Assembly (NCBI RefSeq): GCF_026571515.1
Contig: NW_026856399.1
Location: forward strand, 1 to 64,000
Origin: Ruditapes philippinarum
Taxonomy: Eukaryota
Direction: 5' to 3'
DNA length: 64,000 bases
The position numbers and the translations under genes are program-made. Of the stretch, positions 39,330 to 53,600 are shown piece by piece (positions within the stretch are counted from its first letter, which is position 1; each line of letters begins with the position of its first letter). A model generated the notes under the pieces. The model did no database searches and had not been told where the DNA came from. It worked only from the letters and a program-made list of their open reading frames with translations.

Positions 39330-40800
39330 TTGAAAATTACACAACCTCAACAGCAGAGATGAGAATTAGACAGAAAGTTATCAATGTTCCTGAGAATGAA
39401 CTTATTCAAGATGTTCCAATCGATGGGATTATACGCAACTCATGTTAGAGAGACTGTGTGAATAACGGATATTATGTTACACGATAAGTTTACAAAGAAA
39501 AGTGAGAGCTATTTACTGCTAAACGATCACTAGTGGGATGCTATCCTTGATCTCAAGGAAATATTGAAGAACTTTATCGCAGTAACCACAGAGACAAATT
39601 CTCTTGCTCTCAGATGTATCCATTTGAATACCAGTGTGAAAATAAAAAACAGTGATTCGCAGTTAGTTAAAAAATGAAGTAAACAATCGCGGGAGAATTT
39701 GAAAGACGTAATCAGCCATAATCTACCTAGTTTTTTTACTCTACAGCTACGCTTTCCACTATTCGTGATCCGCGTTACAACGTTTATCTTTCTTTAAAAG
39801 TGAGCAACGTAAAATTACTATTGAAGCTCTTGAATCGTGCTTGGATGAAATTTAACTAAAATTACCTTCTCGCGCGCAGAGTGAAAGTGACAGTGTGTCA
39901 TCTAAAAAAGGAGAGTGCTTTGAATTTTAATGTGCTATATAACAGAAAAATGTGACAAAACTAACAATTAACTTGAACGCTGTTTTTCAAGCAAATGTGA
40001 TTCAGAACCACTCAACAGGTTGAAAAAAAATGTAAAGAACTTTCCGAGAATCGCCGAAATTACGAAACAGGTGCTAGTGGTACCCGCAACATCAGTGCCG
40101 TCAGATTTTTCTGCTGCTGGGTAACTTGTAAATAAACTAAGAAACAGACTTTCATAATTATGAACTTGTAGACAAGATGATTGCCCTCAATAAATACAGT
40201 GTTAATAAATATTGACCCGTAATATTGAAAAAAAAAAACTGATGTGTAGACTAAGGAACAGCGTAGTGCTGTGACGTGCATGCATGAACGACCTTAAGAT
40301 GTTAAGATGAAGTAAGACACTTTACTTAGAGAAAAATACTAGAATATTGTTATTGATCTGTTATACCTTTATTTGTTACCATAAAAAATAAATTTATACT
40401 GTCATTGACTAACTCTTATGTTTATAACTATCATGTATTTACTAGTTATATCCATGGCCGCCGTTCAGTCTTCTAGTATATTATTTCAAGAAGAAAAAAA
40501 TGATACTACATATGAACTGCTATACATGTTTTAAATTTGATGTTGCATTAATTAAGATGTTGTAAAATATAATGTTGTTGATTTAAATTTAATTAATTTG
40601 TTTATTGGTTATTCTAAGTCACCTCCCTTGCAGCCCTATTTATATTGACGAATTCTATTAATTTAAATAGAAAACGAAAGTAGCATGTAAACGGTATTGA
40701 TATTGTCTGATCATTAAAAATCTTCCGAGTAACTGAGTTCTCGATCGGAAAAATGACCGAGTTCTCGAGTATTGCTTTTGGTATTCGTTGCCATTCCTTG
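39330..40800 (+). pseudogene. Decayed hAT (ZBED1/Ac-like) transposase C-terminal half plus 3' terminal region
   Basis: Across frameshifts: ELIQDVP.RW...LMLERLCE (39400-39460), RDPRY (39765-39780), dimerisation-domain VPATSVPS..FSAAG (40079-40120), LVDKMIALNK. Subterminal CCGAGT repeats and a probable TIR end at ~40800. Confidence 0.75.
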
Positions 40801-43182
40801 TTTTATAACGTCGATGCCGTCTCTTGTTTAAAACAAGTTTGAAGCACTACTTTGGGTTCTTATTGTGTACTTTAGGTCGAAGATGATACAAACGCACATT
40901 TATCTGACACCTTATTGGAAAATATAAAATGTTTAACGAATCCATTATTTTCCATTATTTAAAGGATGTGTACAACACCAACTGCACATGATTGTCTAAA
41001 TGGATATATTATGAAAGAAAATCAGACTGATCTGTTTTTGACACTGTTATATTCCCTAGGGTTTGATTTTTTCTATTTACAACTTTACCTTACCCACAGA
41101 AATTACGATCAAAGTGGTTGTAGTAAATTTTCACATTTTGCTGAAGATGTTCCCTTTTTTACATTATTTTTGTGGGTATTCTCATTTGATTATACTTAAT
41201 GGAACATACATACCCATGGATGATGAAATATATATTGTCTGTTTGTAATTGTTTTAATCTGTCTATTACACACCGTTACCTTTTATCTTTTCACAAGATT
41301 GCATTTTATGTGTTCCGCCAATTGGTTTCCCTATTTGGATCAACGCATATTATCTAACTCGGGTATCTTACGCCGCCGGAATAGCAAGAAAGTGTTAATT
41401 TGAATGATTCATGGTCACAACCAATGTCCCAAAACAATACCACACATGAATAAAGAATTGTACAAGTAAGATTGGAAGGGGAGTTAAAGGAATAGGGTAT
41501 AGTTAGGGAAAGAGAATTAGAGTTTTTATGGGAATGGGAAACCGAAAAAAAAGCAGAAAAAAACTTCCCGGGAACATTTTTGTTTTATTAAAAGAAACAG
41601 TTAAAGGGTAAACTTTTATTTAATTTTAAACTCGCGAAGTATCCATTTAGGGAAAGCGAAGAAAAATCTTAAACCCGGTATTCCCGTTTTTTACAGGCCC
41701 AACATGGTAACTTTCATTTTTGAAAAAAAAATGCTTTGTGGCCCCAAGTTAATGACTCGACTATCAACATTATTTTCCAAAATATTTTTATGTTAATTTG
41801 CCAAAAGCAGGGGGTTTTCTTCGGAAAGCTAACCTTAATTTTGGTTAAACCTAACATATAGCAAAAAAAATTAAATTTTAGTATAAAAACCAGTTTGCCT
41901 TTTAAAGGTAAATGATATATGAACTTTTATTTCCAAGGGAAAACCCTTTTATCTTTTTTTTGAAAACAAAATTTCGAATCCCCCCGTATAACTGGGAAAT
42001 AAACCCCTTTTTTGGGAAAACCCAATGATAGGAAGGTGTCAAATTTCTTAAAGGGCCCCCCTACTGTATGTAAAAAACTTTTAAAACGCCTCTATTTAAA
42101 TGGGAAAAAACAAAAAACCAACAAAACCTGCAATTTAGTGTTAAAGTGTTTTTGTAATAATGAATCAAATTTAAAGTTTAAGGGAAGTCCCCGTAATTTC
42201 TGTTTCTTTTAATTTTGAAAGTTAAAAAAAACCCGGGTAACACAATTTAAAAACCCTTTAAAAAAAATTTAAAAAAAATCTTTTTTTTCACCCCCACGGG
42301 AAAGTGGGGAAAATTTGGGGGCCTTCTGCGTCGTCAGTTTGTCTGTTTTCCCTTCCCCTCAAAAAAAACTTTTCCGGACTAAATCCTTTAAAAAACTGCA
42401 AAATTGTCCCGGGATTTTTTTTGGTTCAAAAGATTTTTTTTTCAGAGTAATTGGGCCCTTTTTAAAGGGTTTTTTTTTTTAAAAAATTTTTCAGACTACC
42501 TTTTTTTACCCAAAATTAATTCTGTAGCTCAAGTATTGCGATATAAAACCCGGGTTTTTTGGGGTTTAAAGATTTTTGAGTTTTTTTAAGGGGCCCTTTT
42601 CACCCCAATTTACAAGGGAAAGGGGGCATTTCCAATCTTTTTTGTACCCTAAACGTTCCATTATCCGGTTTAAAAAAATTTTTGATTGGGGTTTAAAGAC
42701 CATTTTAATGAATTTTATTTTTTAAGTTTGTTCGGACTTCTTTTCTTATGCCACTTAAGCATTTTCACTAAATTTTACAGGACTGATTACACGAGTGTTT
42801 CGGTTTAATGATATTTGACGAAGTTATGGCACTTCAAAAAAGGTGTTAATAAAATTTGACCGGTCTACTCCTCTTATACCATTAATTTTGTTTGTTTGTT
42901 TGTTTGTTTGGATTTTTACGGCACGTCAACACATAACTGGCCATATCGTGCCGAATGCATACCATAAATGGAATTTAAATGTAACTTTACAGGATTGATC
43001 GGTAGCGTAAGTACTTGCGTATATTACTTAGGTTTTTGGGTCTAAGGATTTGTAACAGCGTTATGTCCCTTGAAAAAATGTTTTGCTGTGTTAATGATTT
43101 TTGTGTGTCTCTTGCTATACAGTAGCTGCAACATGCAATTGGCTATTATGAGGCGACATATGTCCTCTCTGATGGCTTTGTA

Positions 43183-43480
43183 TTTCTAATCTATGTCAAT
43201 GACATGTCTGCAATCATAAGCAATAAGCTTTTGTCATATGCTGATGACTCTAGTATCCTTGTATCTGGTAAAATAAATCTGAAGAAATTCTCTCTTATGG
43301 CATGAGTCTTATTAGTTATTGGTTAATTGACTATAAATTGCCTTTGCATATTGGCAGGAAAAGCATTTTGGGTCCAAGTTTCAACTTAAACAGGGTCCTA
43401 TCCTTCAGGTCACATGTAATGATACTGATATAAAGTCCACATCTTCTGTTAAGTTTATAGAAGCAAGTCTTGATCAAATA
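43183..43480 (+). pseudogene. Non-LTR reverse transcriptase fragment (CR1/L2-like)
   Basis: FLIYVNDM..KLLSYADDSSILVSG (YADD at 43237-43248), followed by WLIDYKLPLHIG. Confidence 0.8.
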
Positions 43481-43977
43481 TAATTTGGCGTCGCATTTGA
43501 TGCTTTGCATCAATGCGTTTCTAGTACAATACTGTTAGATGGTTTTATTTCTCCAGGAACACCTCAAGAATTCGTTGGAAAATTACATGTTTATATATGT
43601 TTGATGAATAAATAAACTTCAGTATGAAATCGCCTACTGACATTTAGATATTTTGAAAATATAATTATTGTAAATATTACTTCCAATCGAAATCTTTTAC
43701 AATGAGAAAGTATAAACAATCACAAAGTCGGAGCATTTTATTCACACCATGATATGGAAATGTAATTATTATACATATTTTAAAACAGTCAATAATATCA
43801 ACATCTGAAAAGAAAAGCTTATTCAACAGTAAGTTTAGTCGCTATAGCAAGCAACAGTATTCTACACTAGACTCAATAAAAGACTCAAAAAGTAAATGTT
43901 TTAACTAAGTTACTATGTTTAAATTCTTGAAAATTGTTACAGAACTGGGTTCGTTCGTTTCTATTTAAATAAATATT

Positions 43978-44682
43978 TTAGCTTTTTCTTAAACCTAAAT
44001 AAACCACTGATATTACAGCAGCTAGACACGCTGTAGCAAATATTTTTAATTTCAAACTATCAATTTCCCTGTTCTTTTTTAGCTGCAAAATGTTGGTAAT
44101 TGTGTCTTTGTTTTTTAAAATTTCTTCTTGCAGTCCATTAATTTGTTCTTCTTTTATGTTCAATTTATCTTCTAAAACCCGAATTACTTCTTTGTTGTTG
44201 GCAAGTTCTTTTTGCAGTATACCATTTATATTTGTTCTGTCATTAATCCTTTCTTTTAAATCCGAAATTGTGTCATTTTTGTTTGCAATTTCGTTATGCA
44301 GTTTATCTTCTAAAATCCGAATTTTGGCATTGTTGCTAGTAATTTCTTCTTGCTTTTCTATATTTTGTGTTTTAAAAACGTTTACCCTGTCTTCTGAATA
44401 ACGAAATTTAGTATTGATGTTAGCAATGTCCTCTTGCAATACTTTGGATTTTTCTTTTAACCGTTCTTCTAATTTTTGAAAATCTACATCATTTGCTTTG
44501 ATATCCTGTTGGCTATCCGTAATCGTCGTGACTTGTTCTGCAAATTTTAATATTGTTTTCAGTTGCTCTAGATCATTGTCACAAAGATACTGTTCAAAGT
44601 CGTAGTATATAGCTGTCCTTTTAATTCTCATCGCTTTTTGTGCGTCTTCAAATAATGTCAGTGTCATTTCGCTTTCTTTTAA
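43978..44682 (-). CDS. Terminal exon: coiled coil + single C-terminal transmembrane helix
   Basis: TTTTTTACAG acceptor at 44683; 234 open codons; internal repeat NNAKIRILEDKL / NKEVIRVLEDKL; hydrophobic C-terminus. Confidence 0.8.
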   Translation of the reverse strand, partial: LKESEMTLTLFEDAQKAMRIKRTAIYYDFEQYLCDNDLEQLKTILKFAEQVTTITDSQQDIKANDVDFQKLEERLKEKSKVLQEDIANINTKFRYSEDRVNVFKTQNIEKQEEITSNNAKIRILEDKLHNEIANKNDTISDLKERINDRTNINGILQKELANNKEVIRVLEDKLNIKEEQINGLQEEILKNKDTITNILQLKKNREIDSLKLKIFATACLAAVISVVYLGLRKS

Positions 44683-47600
44683 CTGTAAAAAAATGAATGG
44701 AGACCAATTCGTGATATTTTATTTTAATTTTAACAAGTACATCTCTACACCTTTGTCATTTTGAATAAAATTCATAGTGGAAATTGCTTTCTTGAAATGA
44801 CAGCAACAATTTATGTTGAGAGACCCTGCATTGTGGAATGAAGGCCCCCATAAAGCGATATACCCTTAATACAAAATGACCAGGGGGTTAAAAATATTGC
44901 AGTTTGGAATATTGATAATGCAAATTTCATAATATACTAGTAGAATATTTCCTCATAGTAATAGGTTAGTTTAGTTTAAACATATTTATTCTCAGAATAT
45001 GTACATAATAACATTTAAAATATATACACATATAAAATTTGACAATATTCAAAGAAGAGGAATAGAACGAAAGACTAGGTCTTATAGAATTCTTCTCCTT
45101 TTAGTTGTTAAATATTTCGGTGTCGAACTGGTGATGTAAAATTTTCTGAGAAAAATATATATAACCATACTATGATAGAAACAAAATATATATGGAGTAT
45201 GAAAGAAGTAGTAATTCACAAAAGAGAAAAAGGGGAAGGAGAGTCTCATAATTATTTGGTATGTGTTAAGTAATAGAAAGAGCACCGAAACACGAGGCTA
45301 TCTGATTTGTACGAGGGGGCGTAGCCCCCGAGTATTAATCAGATTGCCGAGTGTTTTGGTGTTCTTTCTCATTTGTATCATAGTCAAACATAAAAGCACG
45401 TTCCCTGTTGTCACAATATGAAACCCCGGCAAAAACGAACCAATGAACGAACATCTGAATGTGACATTTCTGTCGCTTTCCCTTTCTTTGCCGTCACAAT
45501 ATGTAAACCCCAGCAAAAATGATCCAATCAATGGGCATGCTCTGGAGTAACTCATACCCGCACTCCAGTTACTGCACTGTGCATGTATATGTATACGATT
45601 TAACCCTGACACATTTCCAACAGAAAGGTCTCCAAACTATGATACAAATCGTTAAAGGAATCTTTTAGTTTTTGCTATTAAAGACTGCACGTTAGAGAAT
45701 ATTGTTGAATTATCATCATCTGATAGGCCAGGGTTTCCGAAGAGAAGAATATCGAGATTGATATCAAAAGCTTTAATATTAATAAATAATTTATTTCGGT
45801 ACAAATTGTAGCGATAACATTCAAAGAAGGAGTGATAGTTGATTTCGACTTGGCCACATTCACATAAAGGTGAGGGAGATATGTTTCTTAGAAAAAGATG
45901 ATAATTTAAAGAACTGCATTTTGATCGAAGACGTGTATGGGAACCTGTAATTTTTTGTTACCAGATTAGTAGTATTTAGGTTTGCGTTTCGTGTTACGTG
46001 TTAAGAAGGTTTTGAATGATGAAAGTGTTGGTAAGTTCCGAACTTCGGTTGGTAAGTTGTTCCAATCGCGTATAGTAGAGGGAAGAAAGGAGTTGTAGTA
46101 TAAAGAAGTTCGCGCATAATATTCCAGCAGTATTATCGGAGTTACGTACATTACACCTTGTATTAGTTTGATCAGGAATTAAGGAAGAGAGAAAGTCGGG
46201 AGTCAAATTGTTTTGCATTTTATAAAACAGAAATAATCGGTGATTATACCGTCTTTGTTCTTATGTTTCCCAATTAAGTTCTTTAATTAGGTATTCGATA
46301 GAAACTAATCTTGTCGGACCTGAAGCAATCCTAGCACATTCATTCTGAATCTTATCTAAGCTTTCGAGTTCATATTGAAAAGCATTTCCCCAAATGACGT
46401 CTGCGTATTCAAGAATAGGACGAATGAATGAAGTGTAAATTATCTCAAGAGATTTTCTGTCCAAAAATGTTTTCAACGTTCGCATTATATTGACGCGTTT
46501 CGAAGCCTTTTCGGTTATAAATTCAATTTGTGAATGCCAATTACAGTTATAAGAAAGAAAAAAAATCCTAGGTGTTTATGATCACTAACTTCTGGTATAT
46601 TGTGATTGAGCATATATAAAGAAGGATGGTTTGCGTGATTTTTCCTAGATACAATGAGTGATTCTGTCTTTGATGGGTTGAATGTGACAAGCCACTTGTC
46701 TGCCCATGTTGTGATTGTATGTATATCAGTTTGCAACTGTTGAGCTGCAATTTGTGGATTTTCTATAATAATATAGAGACTTGTATAATCAGAAAAAATG
46801 TTGACAGTTGATTGGAGATCTAGAACAATATCATTTATAAAAATTAGAAAGAGAAGAGGGCCAAGATTAGAACCTTGTGGTACTACAGCTGAAAGAGTAC
46901 CCCAAGATGATTTTGAATTAGATATAACTACACGTTGACGCCTATTAGTGAGATAGCTAGTAAACCATTTGAGAAGGCTGCCGGAAACACCTGCATGTTT
47001 GAGTTTTGAAAGGATACCTTTATGCCAAACTTTATCGAATGCTTTACTGATATCAAAAAAAATAAATAAATAACCCGTGCTTTTAGACCATTGTCAAGTG
47101 CTTTGCACAGTGTATCATAGATAAAAACAAGTTGGAGATGTTTTAAAGGATGTTTGAATATTAGCCGCACAAAACTTTTTCCATTGTATTAAGAAGAGAG
47201 ATTAGGCGGTACTTATTTGGAAGAGAGGAGTCACCTCCTTTAAAAATTGCAGATACATGAGCTATTTTCCATGTCGATGGTATTTTACGACAAAGAAGTG
47301 AGACATTAAACAAGTCACAAAGAGGTTGAGAGAGTTCATGTGACGCTTCGCAAAGAATTCTATTACTGATACCATCCGGACCGGATGCTTATCTTAGGAC
47401 TTTTTCTGTTTCAGTTTAGTGTAAGTTCAGATAGTGAAGTTGTTGTCATTGATGGACCAAGATCAGGTACATACTTATTTGAATCTTCAATGAGTGTTTG
47501 TTTATTAAAATAGTCGTTTAATAAATTTGCTTTGTTTTCATCTGTAAAGTTTAGTTCGAGTGTTTTAGGATTTTGTAATGGGGGTATTGGAGTTATTTGT

Positions 47601-50600
47601 TGTGATGATATAAATGATTTTAACGTTTTCCAACAGTCTTTAGACGATAATGATCCTCTTTTGAGTTTATCCGATAATTTGCAATGATAATTTAATTTTG
47701 CTTCGCGAACTAATAAAATAGTTTCATTTCTTATTTATCGGAATTTTTGCCAATGACGTAATGACTGTGTTTGTTTTGCTTTTCTGTAAATGCGTTTTCG
47801 TTTTCTAATGTGGCTTCTTACTGTGCTAGTCATCCATGGAGCCTCTGATGGTCTTACATGTATTTGTTTATTTGGTATATTAATTTTTGCATTATTTATG
47901 ATCTGATTTGTTATATTGTCAGCATATGTGTCTATATCTGCGTGAGTGCATGTATGCCAGTTATAATTTAGTAGATCTTGTCGGAGTTGATCAAAGTCAC
48001 CCCGATAGTTCGTTGAAATCCACGTTGAGAGGGTTTTCTAAATTTGAGAACACAAAAAACTGGGAGATGGAATCGATGTTTTTGGTTGAGACAGTGTTTA
48101 CCAACACCAGCTATTACGATGCTGTTTATACCCCGGTCACATATTCACGGAAAACGACCACGTAAGAGCCACGGATTAATTCCGGCATCGTCCGTAGCTA
48201 CCCGTACTGGTCAGTAGCTCTCCGTAGTGTAACCGTAATCAATCGTAGTAGTCCTTGTATATCCGTGGCGAACCTTGACAATTTTTGAACATGCACAAAC
48301 ATTTGCTACGGAAAAATCAACCGTAGCGTATCCCTACTAGTCCGTATTAAACCGTACTGATACGCACTGGTCCGTACGAAAACGTACTAGTCCGTATTGA
48401 TTCGTAGGCCCCAACTTGTCAAGGATTTCCACGGTTTGATACGGAGAACTACGTATTTGTACGGTTACCCTACGTATAAGCTACGGTTTTAATACGGATT
48501 AATACGGCATTGTCACGGAAAGCCACGATTGTAATACGTTGTACTACGGAGAGGCAAGGATTAGCACGGTCTTATACGGTTCATTGCGTTGCATTACGAA
48601 ACGGTACGGAATGGTACGGTCCACCACTGTTTAGTACGGATAAATTAAGTTTCATGTACATTTTCGAGATCTTCTTGTTAATAAGAGACATTTTTGCGTT
48701 TTCATGTTGAGAACATAATCATAATCATTCAATAAAAGATATTTGTCGTTAACTGTCTGCAACTGTACATTTATATGGATCAGAATACGGAGGCAGTGAT
48801 CGAGCTGCTTGATTTCATGCATAGAGGTATAAAATATATTAATACTACAGTGCATTAGAAATAGAATAACATTTAAGGTTACATATTTTCCAAAACATTG
48901 GAAAGTGAAATTGGAGTAATTATGTACATTAAACGTAGAGCCTCATAAGCCTCGTACGCTGGACCTTGAGTGATAATTAGATTAACTAACAAGCCTTTTA
49001 CAAAGTGCACATTAACATGTCTCTTATAATGCAGATTTTCACGAACATAGAGGATGAGAATCCATGAGAATCATCAATCCGATCTTTTCGTTCAGGAGTA
49101 TTGTAAGATAAGAGTTTAAGATCATCAGACGATATTGTTTTGTTCAGCCATGTTTCAGAGAAGGCAAGAATATCAAAGTCAACAAGTTCGCAATAAAGAA
49201 TGTCAAGTTTATGTCGTATGCTTTGTAAATTTAGGTGGACAAATGATAAGTGATGTGATATGCTTATTGTTGTGAGCTGGTAGATTCAGGCCCTGGGTGT
49301 TCATGTATATCTCCCGCCAGAAGTAATACTTAATAAAACCACGTACACAAAATACTCCTGATAAAATTTTGAAACAAGAAATAGCTAAAAACGATGTTAA
49401 TATGTACTTTTGTATGATTTATGACATATTGCCTTTTGGGATGAATTATCATTTTTTGCTTATTCATGGCTGTGATTATACCTATATACAAAGCTAATAA
49501 CATCACATGAGATGAGTAGATATTCAACAATATTAAAGAATGAGTAAATATTGGCAGCAGTCCGGAGTTTCTATATGTGTCCATGATGGTCGTCTTACTT
49601 AGTGTATTATATTTATGTAATTGATGATGATTGTACCAGATGAAATTGTTTAACCGTCATGAACATAATGTTGATTTCATAGGTAGGTAAATGTGCAGTA
49701 TCATGATGTGAGACTAAAGTGAAGAAAAAAGAGATAAGAAGAAATAGAGGTAAAGGAGGAAGGAGAGTAAAAGTAGGACTTTGTATGTTATAATTTTGAT
49801 GACTGCAAGAAGAGATGGAATCTGTACTCACTAATCGAGTGTGAAACGAGCTAAACTACACAAAAATAATTTCAGTTAGAATTAAATAGCAAAGTCTAAA
49901 AACAGTTCTGGAATGAAGATGAATTCTATAAGGTGAGATAAGGCAAAACAATGTATAAGTTACATAAAAACACAGCAAAGATACCGTAATATTGCAAACA
50001 AATTAGTATAGGCTGTCAAATGTATAAACAAAGCATTATATATTTATTTTGACCAACCTCATTTCGTTTAGGTTGATTCTTAACAAGAGATTTCTCAATG
50101 ATTCACTAAGATGTAGAGCATTGCAAAAAGTTAATAAAATACTTAATAAAATATGTAATCAAAGTTATGGTGAGAAATTCTCCTGGTGAATATTTTCATA
50201 ACTCAATTGTATATTTTAAAAAATTAAACAAAAAACTCTGACGCAGTTTAAATATTTAAAAAAACAACTGAATAAAATATGTAATCAGAGTTATGATGAG
50301 AAATTCTTCTGGTGAATATTTTCATAACCTAATTGTATATTTAAAAATTAAAAACAACAAGAACGTGTTTGTTAAACACAAATGCCCCCGGCTCAGATTC
50401 TTGTCAGTAGCAATACTTCAAAAAATGTTTACCCATTCACTCAGTTATGGACAGAAAAATCGCCAAAAAATTGTAAACACAAGTTTTATAACTTGACAAA
50501 GTCATGGCATTTTGTAATTGTGAAAAATATAAGTTGCCAAGTCATTGCTCTGACTTGTGAAGTTGAAAAATATTTAACTTCATGCAAGTTATCTTCCTAC

Positions 50601-53600
50601 CAAATATGAAATAAATCTGTCATTAAATAAAGGCTGTATGGGCAAAAGTGTAAAAATCTATTTTGAGCACTGGTGACCTTGACCAAACTGACCCCTAACT
50701 CTATCCAAAAGAAGAATACCATGTAAGTTATCTTCCTACCAAATATGAAATACATCTGTCAATAAATAAAGGCTGTATGGGCAAAAGTGTAAAAATCTAT
50801 TTTTAGCACAAGTGACCTTGACCCAACTGACCCCTTACTCCATCCAAAGGAAGAATACCATGCAAGTTATCTTCCTACCAAATATGAAATACAACTGTCA
50901 ATAAATAAAAGCTGTATGGGCAATGTGTAAAAATCTATTTTTAGCACATTTGACCTTGACCCACTGATCCCTACCCCAATCGAAAGGATGAATACAATGC
51001 AAGTTATCTCCCTACCAAATATAAAATATATTTGTCCCTTAATAAAGGCTGTATGAGCAAATGTGTAAAAATCTATTTTAGCACTGGTGACCTTGACCCA
51101 ACTGACCACTAACTCCATCAAAGTTTATGTTTCTATCAATTATAAATAATATCTGTCTATAGAATAAGGTCAATACACCTGTAAAAATGTAAAAATCTAT
51201 TTTTAACATTGGTGACCTTGACATTGGTAACATTGACCTTGACCCAAATGACCCCATACTACACCCAAAGAAGAAGGTGTTTGTATTAAACTAAGACATC
51301 AACTAAAAAATAAAGGCTGTATGAGCAAAAAGGTATATATTTATTTTTTAAACCAGTGACCTTGACCTTGACCCTAGAGACCGCTTACTCCAAAAAAAAA
51401 TTGGAGGACCATCAAAGGTATCCACCTACTAAATATGAAAGATATCAGTAAAGAAATTAAGCAATTAGGAGAAATTTAAGATAAATCCAACTTGCCAAAA
51501 TAGGTTAACCAGACAAGGCCCTATTTTCAAAGTGAAAAAAGGGAAATAACTGGGAAATATGGATGACACAGTTATATAACTTGGCAATATCATGTGCTTT
51601 GTATTGATAAGTAAGTGTGGAAATTATAAAGCCATTAGTAAATATAGCACTTAAGATATTTCCAACTTGCCGTTTTAGGTTAACCATTATTCATTTTCTA
51701 AGTGCTGAAAAAGGGCAATAACTTGATAAATATGAAAGCCAGAGTTATGAAACTTGCCCAGATCATGTACTTTGTATTGATTAGTAAGTGTGTAAACTTA
51801 AAAGCCATTGGTACAGGTTTCTACCTGTACCAATGGCTTCTAAGTTTACACACTTACTAATCAATACAAGTAAAAAGAAAAATCCAACTTGCCGTTCTAG
51901 GTTAACCTCGTACGGTCAGACGGACGGACGAACGGACGGACGGTTCAATTACTATATGCCCGGGGGCATAAAAAACAAAAACAAAACAAACTCGGACGCA
52001 GTTTAAATAGTTAAAAATAACTTAATAAAGTATACTCTGACGCAGTTTGAGAATAATTCATCAATTTATGGTGAAGTCTATGAATAGCTAACAATTTTAT
52101 AGAAGTTACGTAGTACACATTCACAAGGGTGACAGTGACCTCGAATTTATCAACCAAATGGAAAAGTAAAAGAAGGTTATAAAATAGAGCAAGAAATTCG
52201 TGCGTACCCGTCAGGTTGTCGGCGTATATTTCAAGTAGATAAACAGAAGAAAAAAAGAAGAAATCAACATATATTTACATGACAATGATTTATACTATGG
52301 TATCTAGGTATCGGTCGGATGTTATTTTTTATTAGATGCAACAAAATATGTATTTATGAACGTGTTCAGTATTATGAAAGGACAAGTTTCGTTTTAGGCA
52401 TGCTCACAGTTACAGGCATTACAATTAATTCCAAAGTATTTCGGTTATAGTGATTATACTGTTATCAAACGCTAAAAGTGCCTAAGAAAATTTTCTTTGG
52501 AAATAAATACTAAGTGTTAGCACTAAAACATAAGACAGGTACACAAGATTTCTTGCAAAATTTTTATCGACAGGATAACTATGTTCACAAAACATGATTT
52601 CTTTCACAGTCATGATCAAATGAAGAGACTGTCATTTTCTTCCTGTTACCGAAAGATAACGCACCTTCGTATTTATACTAAGGAAGATTTCAAGAAGTAG
52701 ACAGAATGTTCTTAATATTTGAAAAGAAAAGAATTTGATAAAGTAAATTTATGAAAGAGAATTCGGGGATGCTACTCATTACATTATTTGCCCATAAAGG
52801 AGGGTTTATTTTACTCGTTTACATTATTTTCAAAAGCAAAAGTCTCAATAAGCAAATGTATACTGATATTAAGACGTAAAACCTGACATATAGAATTCAT
52901 TTACCTGTGAAACTGGAGTGACAATGTGTTAGTGTATTTTTTTCAGTGTCTTCAGCACTTTGATCTTATCTGTAGGTATCGTTTTCACCGAAAAATCATT
53001 AAATTCTAAACAAGTTTCTAATAGAATCATAAACATTATTATAATATAGTTCGGGGACCTTTCTGTTGAAAACGTGTCAGAGTTAAATCGTATTCACATA
53101 CATGCACAGTGCGTAACTGGAGTGCAGGTATTAGTTACCTTTACTCCAGAGCATGCCCATTGAATGACCCATTTTTTCGTTCATGTGTTTAAAATACTAC
53201 AGTAGCTCTATTCAAAACGATATCCAGTATTTTCGAAACAATTTACAAAGGTTTTTGATACACTATCTCAAAAGTATTAAGAGTACCACCCACCTTATCT
53301 CCAAAACATACATACGAAAAACAAGATCAACAAGGAATAGTAGCATTCAATGAACGCAACATCCATATGACCAAGCAACACAGGGTCACAGCTAAGTTAT
53401 TAATGAAAACTTTAATTTCAGGCTTTCAAGTGGAAAATTAAAAGAGAAAACAAAAGAAAAAGAAAAACAGAAAGAAAGAATAGATAAAAGTAGGGTTAAA
53501 AAAGACGAGAAAAGTAAAGATCTCAGTGCTATAAAACAGGAAAAGTAGTGTTATCTTACTTACTTATCTATGCAATCAAATGCACCCGATCAATATTTAT

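Larger units (their letters stand above)
44965..49700 (-). mobile_element. Decayed CR1-group LINE ORF2 (APE + RT) with 3' tail
   Basis: EN: HLNLQSI..DILAFSETWL (49150-49250). RT: ASGPDGISNRIL, VVPQGSNLGPLLFLIFINDI, WLVTFNPSKT, IRPILEYADVIW, SFLPSTIRDWNNLP. Tail AATAAATATGTTTAAACTAAACTAAC ending ~44965. Many stops and frameshifts. Confidence 0.9.
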
